From contig OX597833.1 in NCBI GenBank assembly GCA_951406725.2, forward strand, positions 18,414,001 to 18,478,000: DNA of 64,000 nt, written 5' to 3'. Both the position numbers and the translations under genes were made by a program. This document shows positions 57,419-64,000 of the stretch, one piece after another. The notes under the pieces are model-generated. The model saw nothing but the letters and a program-made list of their open reading frames with translations, did no database searches and was not told the origin of the DNA. Positions within the stretch are counted from its first letter, which is position 1, and every line of letters starts with the position of its first letter. This stretch comes from Octopus vulgaris (taxonomy: Eukaryota).

Positions 57419-57784
57419 TATGTGTGTATGTGTGTGTGTGTGTGTATCTCTTCCTATCTCTCTCTCACTCTCTCTCTCTCTCTCTAGTTGTCTATCTAGT
57501 TGTCTATCTAGCTAGCTAGCAATACACACGCACATACACACATATATATATATACATGTATATACATGAGTACACACACACACGCTCGTGTGTATGTGTG
57601 TGTGTGTGAATTAGGTCATGAGATCCTATTTAGTGCGGGCTGTGAGGGAGTCAGATCTTCGGTGGAAGTGGAAAGGTCAATAAAATGATCACTCATTGAT
57701 GAATACTTCTGATCTCGAAAGGTCAAACAGTTCTATAGTATTAGGGCGTGCGTGCGTAATGGTCGTGTACACACGCGCGCACGT

Positions 57785-57825
<41 letters not shown>

Positions 57826-58084
57826 TATACACAGACTCATAAAACCACATATACATACACCTACTATGTGTAGATATTTGTATGCGCAAGCATACATATA
57901 TGCATGCACACATACGCACACACATAAAGGAACACTCGTGCATAAATAGACACATATCCGTATATACAGAGAAGCAGAAATATACTCACGATTATACACG
58001 CATACAAACAACACCTACAGTACATACATGTTCATATACACAAACAAACATACATACAGACATGCACACATACAGAAGCACACA

Positions 58085-58911
58085 CGCACATACCTCGACT
58101 TAAGTTGTTTCGCTTTAAGTCCTTCTCGATTATACGTCGGTTTTCAAAAATAATATATGGAGAAATAAAAATCGATTTAAGTCATTTTGCTCGACTTTAC
58201 GTCTGTCCGCCACAAATATTGGAATCGTAAAATCACTAGAAAGCCGTTAAAAGCACATCAAATCATGTTACTGTACAATAAATAAGAATAAAAGCATATA
58301 AAATCATATCAAAATACGTACAGTAAATGTTAAGATACACACCATAAAGTAGTGTAGCTAAGTGAACGAAATGATGAAATCAGCTGTGTTATCTTATTTA
58401 TCGGTCTTTCAAAGCTCATATTTCACTGACGTTCCAATATCTACCGTTAGGCGTCGTTGTCACTCGTGATTCCCGCGATTGTTTTGAATTCAGATTTGTT
58501 TACATCTGTTTATCGGCTACTTTCTCATTCTCATTCATTTGTGACTTTATCTTTTGCTCCCATGGATCCCAAGAAAATTCATAGTGAAAGTGCTAAGCGT
58601 CATAACTATAACGCTGGAAGATAAACTGGCTATGATAATACACTATGAAAAAGGTGAAAAAGTGGTAGCAGTTGCACCATCTTTTGTGATGAGTCACATA
58701 ACTGTATCGACGATTGTACATAATAAGGACGAGATTTTAGCACACATGGTTTTTATTAACCATGTATCATTGAAAATGCATTCATAAATAAAGTACAGAA
58801 CTCGGAATGGTTATTATCGGTTTAGCCTAGAGACAAGTTAATTCGACTTCGTTTTTCAACTTAAGTCGTGTCTCCTGGAACCAGCTAACGACGTAGGGTG
58901 AGGTATGCCTG
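58085..58911 (+). mobile_element. Internally deleted pogo/Tigger-like element
   Basis: Ends (..)CATACCTCG / TGAGGTATGCCTG-TA; CENP-B-type HTH ITLEDKLAMIIHYEKGEKVVAVA..MSHITVSTIVHNKDEI. Confidence 0.82.
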
Positions 58912-58956
<45 letters not shown>

Positions 58957-59295
58957 CAATTAAGGACAACTACTTAATAAGGAAAACTTAACAAGAAATT
59001 GTCAGGTAGATAGCGTAAGAACCTCATAAGAGAAAAAATTTCGAAAATAATTATTTCTTATTGAATATATTAATTTATATATAGAGGGCATTATATACAT
59101 GCCAGAAGGCATTATACATACATGCCAAACGCTATATTCCGAAAAAACTTTTCCTCTCCCGAAATGCAATTCGTAAAAGTTTGCCATTTGACAGGATGTA
59201 ATATATGTAAACTCACCCATGTGCTTCGTTGAATGTTGAACAGTTAGCTGATCGACTTAAGCGGGGCAGGGTCGTTGTTTATTTATAATGCATTC

Positions 59296-59343
59296 AGGCC
59301 TGCTGATGAGTACGTAAGTATGAAATCACTGTGATACAGGTCT
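59296..59343 (+). ncRNA. Type I hammerhead ribozyme, canonical core
   Basis: AGGCCTG-CTGATGA-GTAC-GTAA-GTAT-GAA-ATCAC-T-GTGAT-A-CAGGTCT; predicted cleavage after 59336. Confidence 0.88.
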
Positions 59344-59490
59344 ATATATTTTTAAAATGTCTTACTTTGAAAAATTGCATTCGGTGGGATTAGTAATATT
59401 TTTGGTAGAAATGACTAATTGTCCCTCTTAGCGTTTGGCATGTATGTATAATGCCTTCTGGCATGTATATAATGCCCTCTATATATAAAT

Positions 59491-59528
<38 letters not shown>

Positions 59529-59623
59529 GTATGTATATGTATATATATACATGTATATATGTATGTATATATGTATATGTTTGTATGTATACATACACAC
59601 ACACACACACACATATATATACA

Positions 59624-60964
59624 CAGACATGACAGAAGTAAACAGACACCCTAATAATCATTAAAATTTATTTAAATCTGAACTTATACATTCAAATTAT
59701 TTATTAATTGTTATAATAAATTGTTATAATTGTTCTGTACTTTATGAATATTTAATAGACATGCCCTTTGCATTTTTCAGTGCAAGGACCCTATAAGGCA
59801 TACTACTGACCAGATGACGAATATTCTCTTGAGGAACTTCTTGCCAAGTTTCATTCAATAATCTCAAAAGACCTGGCTTTGAAGATGCTTTCTTGTTCTT
59901 TTTATGAAGTGTCCAGTTCATTATGTCCCAGAAGTGTTCACTAGGGTTCATATCTGGTGACTGGCTCATTTTAGCCGTGTGACAAGGAGCCCCATCTTCC
60001 ATTAATAAAGAGTTTTCTTTAATCATTTCACCACTGGAGAAGACTGGAAGGAGTCCTTTCTGCATTATGGACATATATTTATGTGAGTTTGTTTCCCTCA
60101 CACTCCACCAGCTCTGATCAGCCATTGCTCCCAATTGCTCTCCAAACCATCACAGAATAGCTTCCGTGTTTCATTGTTGACTGCAATCTTTTCACATCAA
60201 ATTCTTGATCACAGAATCTCCAGATCCACACTCAACGACTGTCAGGAAATACAGCAAATCTGGACTCATCAGAGAATATGATAGTGTCCCAAAATGCTAG
60301 TGGCCTCTCCACCATCTCATTGGCCCAATCTTTTCTCCGCTTGATGTTGGCTGGTTGAAGAAGTGGCTTCCTTCTTGCTGCTCTTCCATAGTAACCAAGT
60401 TTGTGGAGATACCTGATAGCTGTTCCGGGACTGACCCCAACTTGTTCTGCTATGTCAGAAGCCTTGCAACGAGGATTATTCTCTACGCTTGTCTTAGCAA
60501 AGAGAAGGTCCTATCAGAAGGCCCTGGTTGATATGGGCGAGGTGATGTAGACTCCTTCCCCTCACTGGTGAATTGCACAATCACTCTATTGACTGTAGAA
60601 AGCACGCGTGTGTGTGCATACATATATGAACCAGATATGAACCCTAGTGAACACTTCTGGGACATAATGAACTGGACACTTCATAAAAAGAACAAGAAAG
60701 CATCTTCAAAGCCAGGTCTTTTGAGATTATTGAATGAAACTTGGCAAGAAATTCCTCAAGAGAATATTTGTCATCTGGTCAGTAGTATGCCTTATAGGGT
60801 CCTTGCACTGAAAAATGCAAAGGGCATGTCTATTAAATATTCATAAAGTACAGAACAATTATAACAATTTATTATAACAATTAATAAATAATTTGAATGT
60901 ATAAGTTCAGATTTAAATAAATTTTAATGATTATTAGGGTGTCTGTTTACTTCTGTCATGTCTG
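59624..60964 (-). mobile_element. Tc1-like transposase pseudogene with inverted duplication of its 3' end
   Basis: GRAARRKPLL, IIFSDESRF, EDGAPCH and [11 protein letters not shown]; terminus CAGACATGACAGAAGTAAACAGACACCC on both sides. Confidence 0.9.
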
Positions 60965-61051
60965 TGTATATATATGTGTGTGTGTGTGTGTGTATGTATA
61001 CATACAAACATATACATATATACATACATATATACATGTATATATATACAT

Positions 61052-61108
<57 letters not shown>

Positions 61109-61305
61109 TATATGTGTATGTGTGTTTGTGTGTGTATAATTATTGTTCAATAAATGGTGCACGAAACCTTTACCCTTTAAGTAACTTTCTACCTTTTGCC
61201 GTTTGTGTGTGTGTGTGTTTGTGTGTGTGTATAGCATACGTGCGTGTGTGCATGTATATAAAAAAGGAGAGAGAAAGAGAAAGAGAAAGTGAGTAAGAGA
61301 GAAAG

Positions 61306-61357
<52 letters not shown>

Positions 61358-61419
61358 GGATGGATGGATGGATGGGCGGATGAATGCTTAATACAATAAT
61401 AATATAATGACATTCACGT

Positions 61420-61482
<63 letters not shown>

Positions 61483-61858
61483 TGTGGAATGTAGCGTTGA
61501 TTGTTGGGATGACGGAAGAATTCAAATGAAAGCACAAGATTTATGACTGGGATGATGTCAGATGATGTAAATGTATTTGGTTACAGTTGAAAAGGATATA
61601 AAAACAAAACAGACCGTTGCAACCTGTAGACATAACAAGTGTTCATTTTACTACGTATTTTAGATACGAACAACAGAAAATACGTTTTCAATTTATGATA
61701 GTGGTTGATTTTTAAGACATTCTTTAGGTGTCTCGGTTTATATAAATAGTGGTTGTTTGAATTGTGCATGTTTTATACACATACACATGCACACAGAAGC
61801 ATGAATACATGTGCACGCGCAATCCCCATATATATGCATATATGTATAACATGATATA

Positions 61859-61939
<81 letters not shown>

Positions 61940-62059
61940 GTATGTATGCATGTATTACGTATGCATTATGTATGTATGTATGTATGTATATATGTATGTA
62001 TGTATTATGTATGTATTATGTATGTATGTATGTATTATGTATGTATGCATGTATATATG

Positions 62060-62130
<71 letters not shown>

Positions 62131-62841
62131 CACGCAGTTTACGTTTACCAAGTTTACTCACAAGGCTGTGATTTGATCGGAGATATAGCAGAAGACACTT
62201 GCCCACGGTACCGCACAATGGGACTGAACCTGAAAACACGTGTTAGCAAAGCGAGCTTCTTAACCGCATTGCCATACTTGAACCTATGGCCACAGTTATA
62301 TTATACAACGCAAATACACACCAGAAACCAAGCAAATCACTTTATGAAGGAGAAAGGGGGAACAATGTAGCGCAGAATCATACGAATTTTAGGTGTGTAT
62401 TTAGCCCCTGCAACTTTTAAATAACAAGGTTAAAGACAGGATGTTGCTTATGTTTGCGAATCTAATTAGAATAATATCTATGCAAACTGTGAGTTCATGA
62501 GAGTAGTAGTCGGGTGGGTGAATGTGTTAGTCAGATAACGCATGAGCCCTATTACATATGTCCGGCTTAGGGCCATGAATTCTATCTCCCAAACACCAAC
62601 CCATTTACTTAAACTGCAGTACACTGACGATCTTGAAAACCATGTAGTGCAACGGTCCTCAGTTACTTTTCCACCTATGAATCCCCTTTGATTCCACTTG
62701 AGTGAAATATGGCCCTTGGGAGATCCACGTAAGATTTCGTTGTTAAAATTTATATGTAATAAACTGATAATACTTTAACAATTCACAATATTTTTAGCAA
62801 TATTTTTATATAATTCCTAATAATGTTTAATTATAAAAATA

Positions 62842-63372
62842 TTAGGTTGTCCGGAAAGTACGTGCCGATTTTTAGTAGCTTACCTTTCGACCTATTTTAG
62901 AACATTATTGAGTCCATAAAATAGGATTTGGCTACACTTCCATTTAGAGCTATCTTTTCGTGGAAGAAGGTTTATGTTCCTATAACCTGTGTTAATTCTG
63001 TAACCCTTTAAAATGGAAGATAAGAAAGTTCATTTTCGGCACTTGATGCTTTGGGAACCAGACAAAAATTGCTGCAGCTCGGCTGGTATGTGTTACCCCA
63101 CCCTCCATATTCACCAGATATTACTCCTTCGGATTTCCACTTATTCAGATCTCAGCAGAATAGTCTTAAGGGTAAAAATTTCAATTCCTTGGATAAAGTA
63201 AAACGATACCTTGCTGAATTCTTTGCCGTGAAACCACCAGAATTCTGGGAAAAAAGTATTTTCAAGTTAAAGGAAAGATGGAGACGCATTGTGCAACAAA
63301 ATGGTTCATATTTGGTTGATTAAAAATGTAATGGCAAGTATTTATTGACCTTTTTTTTTTCATCTTTTAAAA
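62842..63372 (+). mobile_element. Internally deleted mariner, same family as 18905-19470; right TIR missing
   Basis: Same TIR and same deletion junction; PHPPYSPDITPSDFHLFRS. Confidence 0.9.
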
Positions 63373-63379
63373 TGTGAGA

Positions 63380-64000
63380 ATAGAGGTTCATGGAAGACAG
63401 GGGCAGTTGAGGAGTCGGATAGCAGAAAGCAGACGTTAGCACGTAAATTTTATTGAGGGATCCGAATACTAGGATGGAAGGTGAAGGAAAGAGAATACTG
63501 AGTGGCGTGAATGTTGCACTATGGCTTATGGAATCAATGAAATTTTGATAGTAAGTGCGTAAAAGAAAAAATAGCACATTTGCATAGAATTCTAATCGAC
63601 GTCAGAATTTTTGCGGCAGAGGTGACAGATGTAGGAAATGTGATTTTAAAAAATTGGTTTTGGGAGTGATGCGATGAGCAAAAGCCAAGGTAGATGTGAA
63701 AATCTTTAGGTTTACAATAGACCAGTGTAGAAAGATGGATGTTGTTGATAAGGATAGAAATGTTTAGGATGTTGATGGAGGTATCGATGGTAGCAATGAA
63801 TTCCAGTGCTGGGTGGAAACTGTTATAAAAGGTATGAACAATGTGAGTTGTTATCAGGCTGAGATACATTGATGTAGTGATCGATAAAATTGAATAAAAA
63901 TTTGTCCTCAAAGTGGACAAAGGAAAAATTGACATAATTAGAGCCAATTTTAGTTCACATTGGTACTTCCGGCACATCTTGATGGGAGTCTGTTGAGGAG
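63380..64000 (-). pseudogene. Penelope-like RT C-terminal relic
   Basis: NSFHPALEF...ILNISI...LSTLVYCKPKDFHIYLGFCSSH. Confidence 0.75.

Overview
Repeat-saturated, AT-rich animal genomic DNA. It is most likely from an octopus-like cephalopod, inferred only from the SINE families and the very high (TA)n/(CA)n/(TACA)n/(AAT)n density. I found no convincing host protein-coding exon, and nearly all supplied ORFs are microsatellite translation artefacts. The window holds three tRNA-derived SINE families and LINE pieces (an uninterrupted RTE-like ORF at 1-1379 that is missing from the ORF track, plus L1/Tx1, CR1 and R4/Dong-like fragments). It also holds Penelope-like (PLE) RT and GIY-YIG relics, mariner/Tc1/Tigger/hAT derivatives and Helitrons. 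The main unexplained signal is RNA structure. About ten type I hammerhead ribozyme (HHR) motifs have palindromic stem III. Two related loci (28439-28501, 42038-42100) carry all hammerhead core elements in a non-circularly permuted order, with different but self-complementary stems in each copy. All calls are by eye; no searches or folding were run, and SINE/TE boundaries are approximate.
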